The position numbers and the translations under genes were made by a program. The notes under the pieces were generated by a model. It worked only from the letters and a program-made list of their open reading frames with translations, made no database searches and was not told the origin of the DNA. Shown here one piece after another: positions 24,960-37,739 of a stretch of DNA of 64,000 nucleotides; positions within the stretch are counted from its first letter, which is position 1; the number at the start of each line of letters is the position of its first letter. Source of the DNA: Pristiophorus japonicus (Eukaryota); assembly GCF_044704955.1 (NCBI RefSeq), contig NC_091981.1:196974001-197038000 (forward strand), written 5' to 3'.

Positions 24960-27770
24960 TATCCTGCTTTTGTGGTATACATCAATGATTTAGACTTGAA
25001 TATAGAGGTATGATTAAGAAGTTTGCCGTTGTTACAAAAATTATTGGTTGATAATGAAGAAGAAAGCTGGAGACTGCAGGAAGATATCAATGAACTGGTC
25101 AAATGAGCAGAACAGTGGCAAATGGAATTCAATTTGGATAAGTGTGAGGTAATACATTTGGGGAGGGCTAACAAGGAAAGGGAATACACATTAAATGGTA
25201 GGACACTGAGAAGTGTAGAGGAACAAAAGGACCTCGGAATACATGAAAACAGACTCTTGAAGGTAGCAGGCCAGGTAGATATGGTGATTAAGAAGGCAGA
25301 TGGAATACTTATCTTTATTAGCCAAGGCATAGAATACAAGGGCAGGGAGGTTATGCTTGAACTGTATAAAATACTAGTTACACCACAGCTAGTCTTCGAC
25401 GCGAGTGTCCTCGACCCCATCCCTCAGCATGCTACCCACCACCATCTCAGCACAACCCCAGCCCGGCAGGAGATAGAAAAGACCATCTGTCAGCTGAAGA
25501 ATAACAAAGCAACAGGAGCAGATGGAATTCCCGCTGAAGCACTAAAGCATGGCGGAGAAGCACTATTGGCATGAATACATGACCTAATTTCTCTTACCTG
25601 AAGGAGGAGAGCATGCCAGGAGATCTCAGGGATGCCGTAATCATGACCATTTTCAAAAAAAGGGACAAGTCCGACTGCTGTAACTACAGAGGACTCTCCC
25701 TGTTGTCGGCCACAGGGAAAGTCATCGCAAGAATCCTCCTCAATCATCTTCTCCCTGCGGCTGAAGAGCTCTTCCCACATGCGCAATGCAGATTCTGTCC
25801 ACTGAGGGGTAGAACGGACATGATCTTCACTACGTGGCAACTACAAGAGAAATGCAGGGAACAGCACCAACCCTTGTACATGGCCTTCTTTGACCTCACA
25901 AAGGCTTTTGACGCTGTCAAACGTAAGGTATTATGGAGCATCCTCCTCCATTTTGGCTGCCCTCAAAAGTTTGTCACCATCCTCCACCTGCTCCATGATG
26001 ACATGCAAGCAGTGATCCTGACAAATGGATCCACCTCAGACCCAAACTACGTTCGGACCGGGGTCAAGCAAGACTGCGTCATCGCACCAATTATCTTTTC
26101 GATATTCCTTGCTGCAATGCTTCATCTCACCCTTAGCAAGCTCCTCGCTGGAGTGGAGCTAAATTATAGAAAAAATGAGAATCTATTCAACCTCCGCCGC
26201 CTCCAGGCCAGATCCAAGGTCGTCCCATCCCCTGTCATTGAACTACAGTATGCAGAAATGCTTGCGTCTGCGCACACTCGAATGCCAAACTCCAAGCCAT
26301 CGTCAACACTTTCACCGAGGTGTACGAGAGCATGGGCCTTACGCTAAACATCCGTAAGACAAAGGTCCTCTACCAACCTGACCCCGCCACACAACACTGC
26401 CCCCCGATTATCAAAATCCACGACGAGGCCTTGGACAATGTGGACCATTTTCCATACCTCGGGAGCCTACTGTCAGCAAGAGCAGACATTGACAAAAAGG
26501 TCCAGTGTGCCAGCGTAGCCTTCAGTTGCCTGAGAAAGAGAGTGTTTGGAGACCGGGACTTCAAATCCGGCACCAAGCTTATGGTATACAGGGCAGTAGT
26601 GATACCTGCCCTCCTATATGGCTCAGAGACTTGGACTATATACAGCAGACACCTCAAAATGCTGGAGCAGTACCACCAACAATGTCTCCAAAAGATCCTG
26701 CAAATCCATTGGCAGGATAGATGCACCAACGTTAGTGTTCTCGCTCAGGCTAAGATCCCCAGCATCGAAGCATTAACCTCGCTCGATCAGTTCTGTTGGG
26801 TGGGCCACATCATCTGCATACCCGACACGAGACTCCAAAAGCAAGTGCTCTATTGGGAGCTTCGACACGTCAAGCGTTCCCCAGGTGGGCAGAGGAAACA
26901 CTTCAAGAACACCTTCAAAGCCTCCTTGATAAAGTGTAACATCCCCACGAACCTGGGAATCGCTGGCCCACGACCACCCAAAGTGGAGGAAGAGCATCCG
27001 GGAGGGGGCTGAGCACCTCGCGTCTCATCACCGAGAACAAGCAGAAACCAAGTGTAGACAGCAGAAGGAGCGTGCATCAACCCAGGCTCCCCACCCACCC
27101 TTTCCTTCAATCACTGTCTGCCCCACCTGTGACAGAGACTGTAGTGGACTCTTCAGTCACCTGAGAACTCACATTTAGAGTGGAAGCAAGTCTTCCTCAA
27201 CTCTGAGGGACTGCCTATGATGATGAGTGTACTGCGTGCAGTTCTGGTCACCACATTACAGGAACGATATGATTGCACTAGAGGATACAGAGGAGATTTA
27301 CAAGGATGTTGGCTAGACTGGAGAATTTTAGCTATGAGAAAAGATTAAATAGGCTGGGTTTGTTTTCTTTGGAACAGATGAGGCTGAGACAAGACCTTAT
27401 TGTGGTGTATAAAATTATGAGAGGTCTAGATTGGATAAGGAGGATCTATTTCCCTGAGCAGGGAAGCCAACAACCAGGGGGCATAGATTTAAAGTAATTG
27501 GTAGGCGGTTTAGAGGGGATTTGAGGGGAAATATCTTCACCCAGAGAGTGGTGGGGGTCTGATACTCACTGCTTGAAAGGGTCATAGAGGCAGAAACTCT
27601 CACCACTTTTAAAAAGTACTTGGATGTGCACTTGAAGTGCTGTAACCTACAGGACTTCAGACCAAGAGCTGGAAAGTGGGATTAGGCTGAATAGCTCTTG
27701 GTCGGCCACCGCGGACACGATGGGCCGAAATGGCCTCCTTCCATGCTGTAAATTGTTAAGATTCTATGAA
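24960..27770 (+). mobile_element. CR1 3' portion (24960-25390 and 27227-27770) interrupted by an RTE
   Basis: MEFNLDKCEVIHLG...LYKILVTPQL stops at about 25390 and CR1 text resumes gtactgcgtgcagttctgg at about 27229. Confidence 0.85.
25391..27226 (+). mobile_element. RTE-clade LINE, 5'-truncated
   Basis: KATGADGIPAE, NYRGLSLLS, FDLTKAFD, GVKQDC, GLTLNIRKTK, YLGS and LYGSETW are RTE-type RT motifs. A C-terminal CPTC...HLRTH finger and an (atg)n tail follow. Confidence 0.9.
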
Positions 27771-29530
27771 AATGAAATCTAACATTATTTTGACCCATAG
27801 TTCGCAAGTGTTTTCCTGTATTGTCATTTTCTACCACAGACTAACTGCAAAATACTAAATTGGAACAGCAGCTTCCAAGAAGTCTGGCATTATGAATTGA
27901 ACTCCATTTTGTGGATGATCCCATCCCTCATTCACATTCATTTAGGATCATTAAAATCCTTTTCTATAAAACACTTACACCATCTTTATTTGTTCATAAA
28001 ATTCAAAATCTTGGGTTTTCAAAAAGAATTGAATAAGACCCCTTTCAGGAAACTGATGGATAAAGTGAAAGCTCATGGGAAACAAGATGCTGATGTAAAG
28101 TGGATTGTTACTTGGTTACAAGAAACAGAGGATAATTATTAATTACAATAGTTTTAACTTGGCATCCACAAGGAGCAGAGTCCCACCAAGATCAATCGAG
28201 AGATTTATTGACGACCTTGAGAAAAGTTTTATAAACAATGTCCAAGTTTGCATAAGAAAAAATATTCTGTGGAATAGCAAGATGTTCTAATTAGAGGGGT
28301 TAAAATCTAAATAATAACTATTTCACACCAGAATTGTTAAATTATAGTCTGTAGGTTAAATGAAAGTAAACAGAATGGAATTTCTGGATTCCATAGCTAG
28401 TGATGTATTTGGTTTGGTGACAAGGTCAAAGATAAGCACAATCTATCCAGATGCTAGAAGAGGACCTATGCTTGGTCCCAGAAACCACAGCTTTAATCTC
28501 TTTCTCTCAATTTCCACCTTGATTGCATCCATCTATTTTATGATTCTACTATGATCAGCGTCGTTAACTTTCCTTGCTTGTTCTTGAATAACAACTTGCA
28601 TTTCTTATAGCATCTTCAATGAATAAAATGTAGAAAAACTTCTCAAGGTGTGTCACTCAAGCTCCAAATATACCACTGCACATGATTTTCCTCAACCCTA
28701 CACCTACATTGTGTTGAAACGAAGAGTGTTTGGAAAGCTACTCTAATTCATTCTTTCCCAGGACCTCAAAACTATAGATTTCCTTATTTCCCTAAGTCAT
28801 TCCTTCTGCCTACCACTTCAGGCTTTTAAAATCCAATCACTACTTCCTGATTCACCTTGTATTCTCTTTTGCATTGTTCAACTTAGTGGTGACTGCATTA
28901 TGGCCCTTGGCTGTGGATCTTGGTATCTAAATAAACAGCTTTATTTTAAAGTTTCCTATGTTCCAATTTATGTTCTATTTTAAAGAGTATTTTCAAGCCA
29001 TTAATAAGTTCCCAACTTCAGGATTTTTATGGAAAATGTGCAGATTTTTTCAAACACATAGCACTGATGTTGGCAAACGATTATTAAATAACTTGGAAAA
29101 TAATGAGAAAAATGTCCTACCCTTTTTAACTGCTGTTTAACTATCAATTGACCCTTTGATATGTATGTTCAATCAATTACTAAGAAATTCTACTTTTTCT
29201 GGCTTCTTAAAATATACCCTGGTAACCCTAATCTGCAAAATATATAATTGGCTTGATACTCAGAATTTCTAATCATCTGATCTGTAGTCTCCAAGTTATT
29301 CCTACTACATCTAAAATGTAAGTGCTCCAAGCAAATTATAAATTGGATAAAATATATCTTGCCATCATAAAAGAGTGAAAATTGGAAACATCTGCTCAAA
29401 GCCTGGGGCCTGGGCCAGTAGAGGTCACTTCACTGCAGGCGTCCATCTTGGAGTCACCTTTGTACATGTCCTGTCTTAATTTGTACTGACACATTCGTGC
29501 ACTTTTTCCTGTCAGTGACACATTTTATAC

Positions 29531-29716
29531 AATAAAAACAGAAAATGCTGGAAATACCCAGCAGGTATTCTCTCAAACTTTAACAGTTCTGACGCAAGGT
29601 CATCAACCTGAAACGTTAACTCTGTTTTTCTCTCCATAGATGCTGCCTAACCTGCTGAGTATTTCCAGCATTTTCTGTTTTTATTTCAGATTTCCAGCAT
29701 ATGCAGTATTTCGCAG
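29531..29716 (+). mobile_element. Short non-autonomous Penelope-like element with inverted end and minimal hammerhead motif
   Basis: 29531-29566 is the reverse complement of about 29650-29685. The core aacagtt-CTGACGc-aaggtcatcaacct-GAAACGTT-aactctgtt spans 29582-29626. Candidate TSD ttataca at 29525-29531 and 29717-29723. Confidence 0.7.
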
Positions 29717-32287
29717 TTATACACAACTTATATAGTTCTCCAGAAGCTCAAGAACTGCTAACTGAAAGGGAATCAATCAGCAATGAGAAATTGTTAGAAA
29801 TGCATATCATACTTTCATCTAAACATAAAAAGACTGATGAAATTCAGTTGATTTGCATGTCGTTGGTAAAATTATTTAAAAAACATTGAAAATCTTTTGG
29901 GACCAAAATGTTTCGGATTTGTTTTGGAAATAATTGTGGAACTCACTCAATACTTTAGAACAACCGAGAAGAACAATTATTATTCAAAAATGTGCTTTAT
30001 GATTTAACCACCTGTTTCCAAAGGACATGATTCTCACTATCAGCCACATTACCATGGGAAGTACTAAAGGCATGGGGAAGGGTGGAGGGCAGGTGTTTTT
30101 CTACACAGTGGATTGAAGGAACAGTTACACTTGACACTTCAGGGCTCACCAAGCCCACAGTGTTTTAATTGAAGAATTCTACACAGCAATTTTAACCTTA
30201 CCTGCCTGGTGGAAAATGGGTGGGTAGTTAAAATTGACTGGAAGACTTGCCTGCCAAAATCCTACACTAATACCACTGTCTTGAAGTTTAATCCGCTTTT
30301 CTGAGCAGCCAGAATACGTTAAGAATGCAGATTGGGATCCGATGATACCATCAGCCCCCAACTGCAATTTTAATTGGTTTCCTAAACAGAGAAGACAGTG
30401 TGGCATTCCTGCCAGGTGATGATAGTGGAAAGAGGAGGGTTAGAATAGGACCAAACAGGTACGTTTTTTAACTTTTATTTACTTTTCTTACGAAGCCAGG
30501 AGGAGCAGGAATGCAAGACTTTCCCCAATTCCCTTCCCCCCGACTTAACTTGTGGCGCGAATGTCCCTTTGGTGCCGGCCGACAGCCTTCTGCGACCTGA
30601 AATTCCACTCTGGCGGTATGCAGGTGTGGCCCGGAAGTTAAAATCGCCTGGGCCTCATGATGCAGAGGTCAGGTGGGGGCCGGGAATAATGGGGGTGTGG
30701 ATGTGCAACTTCCTCAACACCCCCTCCCACCCACCCTATTCGCGCTCCCAGTTCAATTGCATCAATGATATCTGAGATGGTTTCAGGACTTCATCAATTA
30801 AATTGAGATATTATTCAAATCTTGGTCGGACAGAACTAAGCACAAAATCTTTCAGTTCAAAGAATTACTGAATGCAACTGGAAAAGTTAAAATTTTAGGA
30901 AAGAATCTATAAAATACTTGATGCACAAACATGTTTAAGAGCTTATGTAAATGATACTAAACTACAGTAACAACAGCAAAGTTGAAAATTAAAGTTGAGA
31001 GTTAAAGGCGACAATTTCTGTGGTCTACTCCCGATTTCCTAGCACAGCTTCATTAAAATCTTGTGGAAATCGTGCAAATGGCTGTTTTAAGCTAAACTGT
31101 ATGGTCATCAGAATCTACTATTCACAACCAATGGTGGATGTGAGGAAAACTAAACGGTCCTCTGTGTAAAAAAAACTAACAAATAACATGCAGCCCTCTG
31201 ATGCAGTCCTGCCATTTGGGCAAGGCTGCTGCCACATGAACACGATTGAATGGCATGATTTATTTTTGTGCAACTGGATAATGCTAAATATTTACAGTAC
31301 ACTATTCCATTGCACCATTATTCCAATTCAGGGCTCCAAAATGTGTTTCCCCATGTGCACCCTCTCTCTAAGGCCCAACACATGTACTCAACATATCACA
31401 CTGCCCAATATATTATTTCCAAGGTTCATGGTACAAGAGCCATCATATGTTGTGTGTGTTTTAGCTATGTCCAGCACTTATTAAAAATACAACATTCTTT
31501 CTGAGCATTGCTGTCAAAATGTGCTTCAAGAACACTATCCTAATGCCAAATAAGATAGTTACTGTAACTAAGTAAATGGTACTTCGATGACCACATAATT
31601 TGCTGTTTCTTTTGCCACTTTGTACTCCAGTGCATAGATTCTTTATGCATCATTGTAATATCTATACAGTTTTTGTAACAAAAATCATGTATGCCAGTTT
31701 TGAGCTATGAAAAGCATTTGTAAAACATTGCATTATATGAGACATCAGTTTATCACACTTGATTTATACATTGAATTCACAATAAGTAACATGCAACAGT
31801 CTGTGCTCACATAACAGGAAAGTAATGGGCAAAAACCATTAAGAGAAGCTCCGTCTGATTCAATTTAAATTATTATTCTCAATGACGATGTGGGGAACAG
31901 CAGACAATTACTTACACCAACTCCACTAAATGTGAAGCCTTCACACAGTTTTGTTTTCGATTCTAAATTGGAGTTGTAGATTCAGGAAACTATCCAGCTT
32001 AAATGGCATGAGGTTAAGTAGTCATTTCTGCTTGCCTATAATCTCAGTGGCGTGGTATACAAGTTCACACTCACTCCTCTCCAACCAGATCTTTGCAAGT
32101 TCTAACATAAAAGTTACTAACGTTATCAAACCACACACATTTTGTGTCACCAAACCATGCCTTGTGGCTTCAAAAATGCAACTATATAGTGCCAACAGAT
32201 CAATGGTACCAAAAGAAATCACCCAGCTTCCTTTTTACAATTTATTACATGTTCAGAACTGCACCTAAGCAAACAAAATGGACCTAC

Positions 32288-32488
32288 CTGGAGTGTTCAA
32301 CAGTCGCGACATCCTGCAGGAGTACGACACGTATTGTTCACAATACTCAGCACTTCTCGTAATTGTGGAGATCTGGTTCAGTGAGGTGCTATAATTCAGT
32401 TTCACAACAACAGATTTTGCTGCAGTAGATCCAGAAATTGTTCTTTGCTGTGGCATGTCATGGTATAATGTCGTCCAGACCTTATCCT
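32288..32488 (-). CDS. CNTNAP2: Internal coding exon of contactin-associated protein-like 2 (fibrinogen-like domain region; equivalent to human CNTNAP2 exon 13)
   Basis: Minus-strand translation (E)[66 protein letters not shown] matches the recalled CNTNAP2 segment EDKVWT...[24 protein letters not shown]. Acceptor tttcttacag|AG at 32489/32488 and donor CCAG|gtaggt at 32288/32287. The exon is 201 bp, phase 1-1. Confidence 0.9.
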
Positions 32489-32550
32489 CTGTAAGAAACA
32501 AGAGAATCATAATCGTTAACTGTTTGCTCCCTCCAAGATCCAAGAATATT

Positions 32551-33346
32551 GGACCGGAATTTGTGATTGAAATGACAGCGAAACTGTCAGCGTTCGCTGT
32601 CATTACTGTGTAAAACTGACAGCATCTTCTGGTGTCTGCACGTACGCAGTTAATTGCGAAAATCCTGAAGTTGCTGTCGGTGAGTCCGTGCTCCTCCACA
32701 GGGTGCACTGTTGCAGTACTCACAGATCGAAAACTTAGAAATCACTTGAATTGACATGAACTTCAGCTTTTCTATGCACTATTCTTGCTGTAAAAACACT
32801 TTAAAATGTTAAGCCTCGCTGTAAAAACCCTTTATAAAGTTAAGCTTTGTTGAATGAAATGTAACTGATTTTTAACAGAGTATTAAGTCATAATTACAAC
32901 TGAACAACCTCCCTGGCCCTGAAAAACTAATTTATACTTTTGGAATGTCAAATGTATCCATTATGATTTTAAAAATTCTTAGATTTTTAAAATAATAAAA
33001 AAGATGTAGAGTTTGTTTATGATATTCCAGCTTCCACTTTAATCCCATGTGTATGTCCCAATCTTTATTTTGCTCACTGTGACATGATTTAAAAGTGATG
33101 GCAAATCAGTGCTTTCTCTTCTTGGTTTGCCGTCTGTGAGAATTCTTCAATGTGATAGGCTGCTTAGCCTGCTTAATGACATCACTATTGCTGGATGCTG
33201 GAGATATCTATGGGTGATGCCAGAATGAAAGTAATGTTGGGAAATATGAAATCCATGCCATAGAGATCGCTAGATCTTTGTGGGCAGCTTTCTTTGAGGT
33301 CAGTGGCAAAGTGACGGTTCTTGCCACTGACCACAAAATCCGGGCC
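32551..33346. mobile_element. MITE with 15-bp imperfect TIR
   Basis: ggaccggaatttgtg ... cacaaaatccgggcc, with AT-rich flanks tatt and aata. Confidence 0.7.
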
Positions 33347-33517
33347 AATAGCTTTACTACAAAGCAGCAGAGTCTGCAATTAAGTGTAAAGGAATAATGA
33401 GGGTGAATATTGATGGAGGCTTCTCCCATTTGTCAGGCGTAACTTCGGTGGATGACACGTGGAAACACTGAAAAATCGGTATAAAGTTACGGCTGACTAG
33501 CAAGGAGAAGACCCATG

Positions 33518-34262
33518 ATTCTGAACCAAACTGTTCGCAACTTTGGTGTCATATTTGACCCCGAAATGAGCTTTTGACCACATATCCTCAGCATAACTAA
33601 GACCACCTATTTCCACCTCTATAACAACGCCAGTCTCCGCCCTTGCCTCAGCTCATCTGCTGCTGAAGCCCTCACCCATGCCTTTGTTACCTCTAGACTT
33701 GATTATTCCAACGCACTCCTGGCTGGCCTCTCACATTCTATCCTACGTAAACTAGGGATGATCCAAAACACGGCTGTTCATGTCCTAACTTGCACCACGT
33801 CCCACTCACCCATCACCCCTGTGTGCTCATTAACCTACATTGGCTTCCGGTTAAGCAATGCCACGATTTCAAAATTCTCATGCTTATTTTCAAATCCCTC
33901 CATGGCCTTGCCCCTCCCTATCTCTGTAATCTCCTTCAGCCCCACAACCCCCCCAAGATGTCCTCTAATTCTGCCCTCCTGAACATCCCTGATTGTAATC
34001 GCTCAACCATTGGTGGCCATGCCTTCTGTTGCCTCGGCCCCAAGCTCTGGAACTCCCTGCCTAAAGCTGTCCGCCTCTCTACCTTCCTCCAAGACGCTCC
34101 TTAAAACATACCTCGCTGATGAAGCGTTTGCTCACCTGCACTAATTTCTACTTATGTGGCTCGGTGTCAAATATTTATTGCATAATACTCCTGTGAAGTG
34201 CCTTGGGAGGTTTCACTATGTTAAAGGCGCGATATAAATACAAGGTGTTGTTGTTGTTGTTA
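33518..34262 (+). mobile_element. L2 LINE 3' fragment
   Basis: Contains RLDYSN, LHWLPV and GPKLWNSLP text and a (gtt)n tail. Confidence 0.88.
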
Positions 34263-36829
34263 TTCACCCCATCATTTGAAAGACAATGTTATTTTGCATT
34301 ATTTGCAAGCACATAATTAAATGGTGTTATTGTGAGGTAAGTGACACCCAGCTCTTTTAGTTCTTCTCCAAACTCAGAACAATAAGAACCTCTGTCATAC
34401 ATCTTTTCACAGCTAGAATACCCCAAACATTTTTTTTAATATGGTGAATTTCTGTAACTTCATTTATATTTCAACAAAGCAAAGTAGAATAAAAATTATT
34501 TGAGTGATCAAAGCTAACTGATCAAATTTTTGATCGAAGATATCAGCGAAAACCTTAGTGACTAATTTTGAAGCCTGATCGCTACAAAATGCCTGTAAAC
34601 AGACATGTTCAGGAAACTCATCAGGGTTCGCACAGAATATGGGAATTCCCAGTGATATATAAAGAGCTCTGTAATATGTCAGTGTACATTAATTTTGCTG
34701 TAAGGGACGGTGCAATCATGGCCAACATCGTCAGAAGCATTTATACAGTGCAGTCCTAGACTCATCCCATGGATCTAAATTAGATGTCCGTTCTGAAGAG
34801 TGAACCATGAGCACACTGTGTGAAAGACAGATAAATTCCAGTCCATTGGTTATTTAATGCAAGGCAAGAGATAACTCAATCAATACATGCCAGTTAGACA
34901 GCTCCTTGTCTAGTGGGAAGTTTCACACAGTACAGTAAGTGGTGGAGCAAAGATTCATAAGCTCATCAAAAGTTTTAGCAACGAAAAAAGTCATTAGGTT
35001 CAGCAAGCCCATCATTTTATGATTACTTTCAACCCAGTTTCTCACCATAACTGTCAAATTCAGTAGTCAGAAATTAATTTGCAGTAGACAGTCCAAAAAT
35101 AAGGAAAGAAATGGATAAATCCTCTTTTCTTTTCAAGGAATTAAGATGCAGGGTGGACTGTCTGTGACTTTATTTTCTTTCAGCAAGCCAAGAACACGCA
35201 ACCAGGATACAACTAATCACTGTTGTGACAAATGTTGATCCACAATTGTAACACCACATTTCATTTCTCAGAAGAAGTGCACCATATTAAATCTAAAACT
35301 GTGCAGTCTGCTTTCTACACCACTGTTTAAGATGAACAAATAACTAAAATGTTTCTTAAGCTTTTGCTTTCATTCATCAATGGTTTCTACTTTCAAGTGG
35401 CTCAATGTTGACATATTAGTCAGGGTAGATCCATCATTCGTCCCAATTTTAATACGGTTTTGTTCACCCAGAACATGAAATATTAAAAGTTTCTCCACTT
35501 ACTCCTCTAAAGAGGCTTGCTACAACTAATAGCGCAATGGTTAAGCCAGACTGTCAGGTCCATGTGGTATTGTGTGAGGTTCTCTTATGTATTATACACC
35601 TGCACTGTGCATAAATGTGCTGAAGTAAGTATGAGTAAATAAAGGACTCAACTTTTGTTTTAAAAAAAAGGTATAATGCTTCAGGTGAAGGGACTGTTGA
35701 TCGAGGGTAAAAGATTGGGCTGGATTTTGCGCAGTGGGGGGGTGGTGTGGAGGGGGCATCAGCGGGCACGATTGGTAGTGGGTCATCTTGGAAAGTGTTT
35801 TTTTTCCCCAGTGGGTCAGGATCCTGCTGTGAACCCACCACCAGGCGTCTTTACCAAATGTCGGGTTTGTCAGCGCTGAGCACACCCGACATACAGCGGT
35901 GGGGTAGGGAATTAAAATCATGAGTGGTTTGTTTACAGCCACTTATCAACTGTTTATATCCCAGATTTTTGGATTTGACAGGTTGCCAACCGGTTTCCCG
36001 CAATGCCTGGACCTCATCTGTGAAGCCGAGTCAGGAGGTCAGTGGCCATTGAATCAGCTGTTGAGTTGACAGCTTCAAATGTCAAGTCAAAGCTCCCAGC
36101 TGATTGAGAAATGTTCCCTTAACCATTAGCGACTCTAAACCGCATTTGCACTACAGATCCAGAATATTGCAAGTCATTACACAAGTCTCCATCCAGTCTG
36201 ATCTCATAACCTTTCCCACCATTGACAGATTGCTTCTGTCATCTTTACTTCACATGCAATCTATTTCATCAGCATTGGTGCCCTTGAAACTCTCTAACCT
36301 TGGTTCTCAGAATCCCACCACGATCAACCCCAACATTAGCATCACCAGGCACATCAGCATAACCAGGCACACCAGCAGCACCAACACCAACCTTCTCTGC
36401 AATCAACTGATGCTGCACAAGACACAAGACATCAACACCTGACCACACTGCTGCCTGGAAGGCCAGTGATGGCCTCACCATGGCCACAGTTACTTCACTT
36501 GACACTGAACACACTGGCTGCCACACGATGCACCAGATTGGCACCATCCCACACCAACACCATAAAGCATCCAGGCCATTCCTTTCACACTCATCACCAC
36601 TGCAGGGGTGGGGGAGGTGGCAGATGGGGGGGAGATATTGTTATGTCTCACCATTCACTGCAACTCACTAAGCCACTTCCAAATGTGCACACAAATTTTC
36701 TACACAAGAATATGTAATTATGGGCTAAAGTTTCTAGAAAATATGTTTTCAAAAATAGTGTACATGAGGAAAACATTTTATAAACACACCACTATTTTTT
36801 TGATGAGATAATAGAGAGAAGAATGCAGA

Positions 36830-37600
36830 AGGTGTAATTCATCTAGATTTTTAAAAGATCTTTGATAAGGTTCTACATAATAGACTAATGAATAAGATCA
36901 GATCATGCAGTGTCAAGGGACAATTAGCAGAATGGATAGCTAACTGGCTGCAAGACAGAATGCCGAATGTAAGGGAAAGGGATAGCTATTCAGGGTAGAA
37001 GGTGGTGGAAAGTGGAGCCCCACAAAGATCAGCGCAGAATCTAAAGTTGTTCACAATTTATATTAACGATTTAGATTTTGGAATCAAAAGTATAATTTCT
37101 AAATTTGCAGATAACACCAAATTGAGGGGTGGGGGGTGGGCAGCGATACTCAATACTGAGGAGAATTGTAACAAATTACAAGAAGACATTAATAAATTTG
37201 CAGAATGAACATATAATTAGCAAACATATTCACACAGATAAGTTTGGTAATAAAAATAAGGAGGTTACATATTATTTGGAAAATAAGAATCTAAATGGGG
37301 TAGAGGAGCAAAGGGATCTGGGAGTACAAATACACAAATTACGAAAAGCAGCTGTAAAAGAGCTCCCCCTAATGGACTACTGCTTCAGCTAGTTGACGAC
37401 TGTGGTAATGCAACTATTGATGTAAATAATAAAGGATCATGTGGCAACGGCACATGATGGCAGTTTTCTGTATTAGAGCCACCTTGTAGAGTATGTTTGT
37501 TAGTGATGTTGTAAGAATATATTAAAATAAACACCAGAACAGACTAGTTGGGCTGAATGGTCTGTTTCAGCACTGTTTATTCTACATAATTCTATGTAAT
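36830..37600 (+). mobile_element. Old degenerate CR1 fragment
   Basis: ORFs with SGAPQ, FTIYINDLD, SKFADN and EQRDLGV; tail at about 37550-37600. Confidence 0.7.
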
Positions 37601-37739
37601 CGAACAATCTACTCAGGATAGAATACACTACATTAAAACTGTGATCATTGCTATTATGTAAGATTCCACAACCTGTACCAGGATATACTTTAAATACAGA
37701 TAGATTAATTTTCTTCTGGAATCATACCAGTTTACCAGA

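Noticed and set aside
32265-32723. 152-aa ORF as a stand-alone gene
   Set aside because: Only 32288-32488 is CNTNAP2-like and bounded by splice sites. The remainder is intron and MITE read-through.
36337-36400. Short tandem agcatcaccaggcac repeats within ORF 36104-36442
   Set aside because: This is a local low-complexity duplication with no recognisable protein or splice context.
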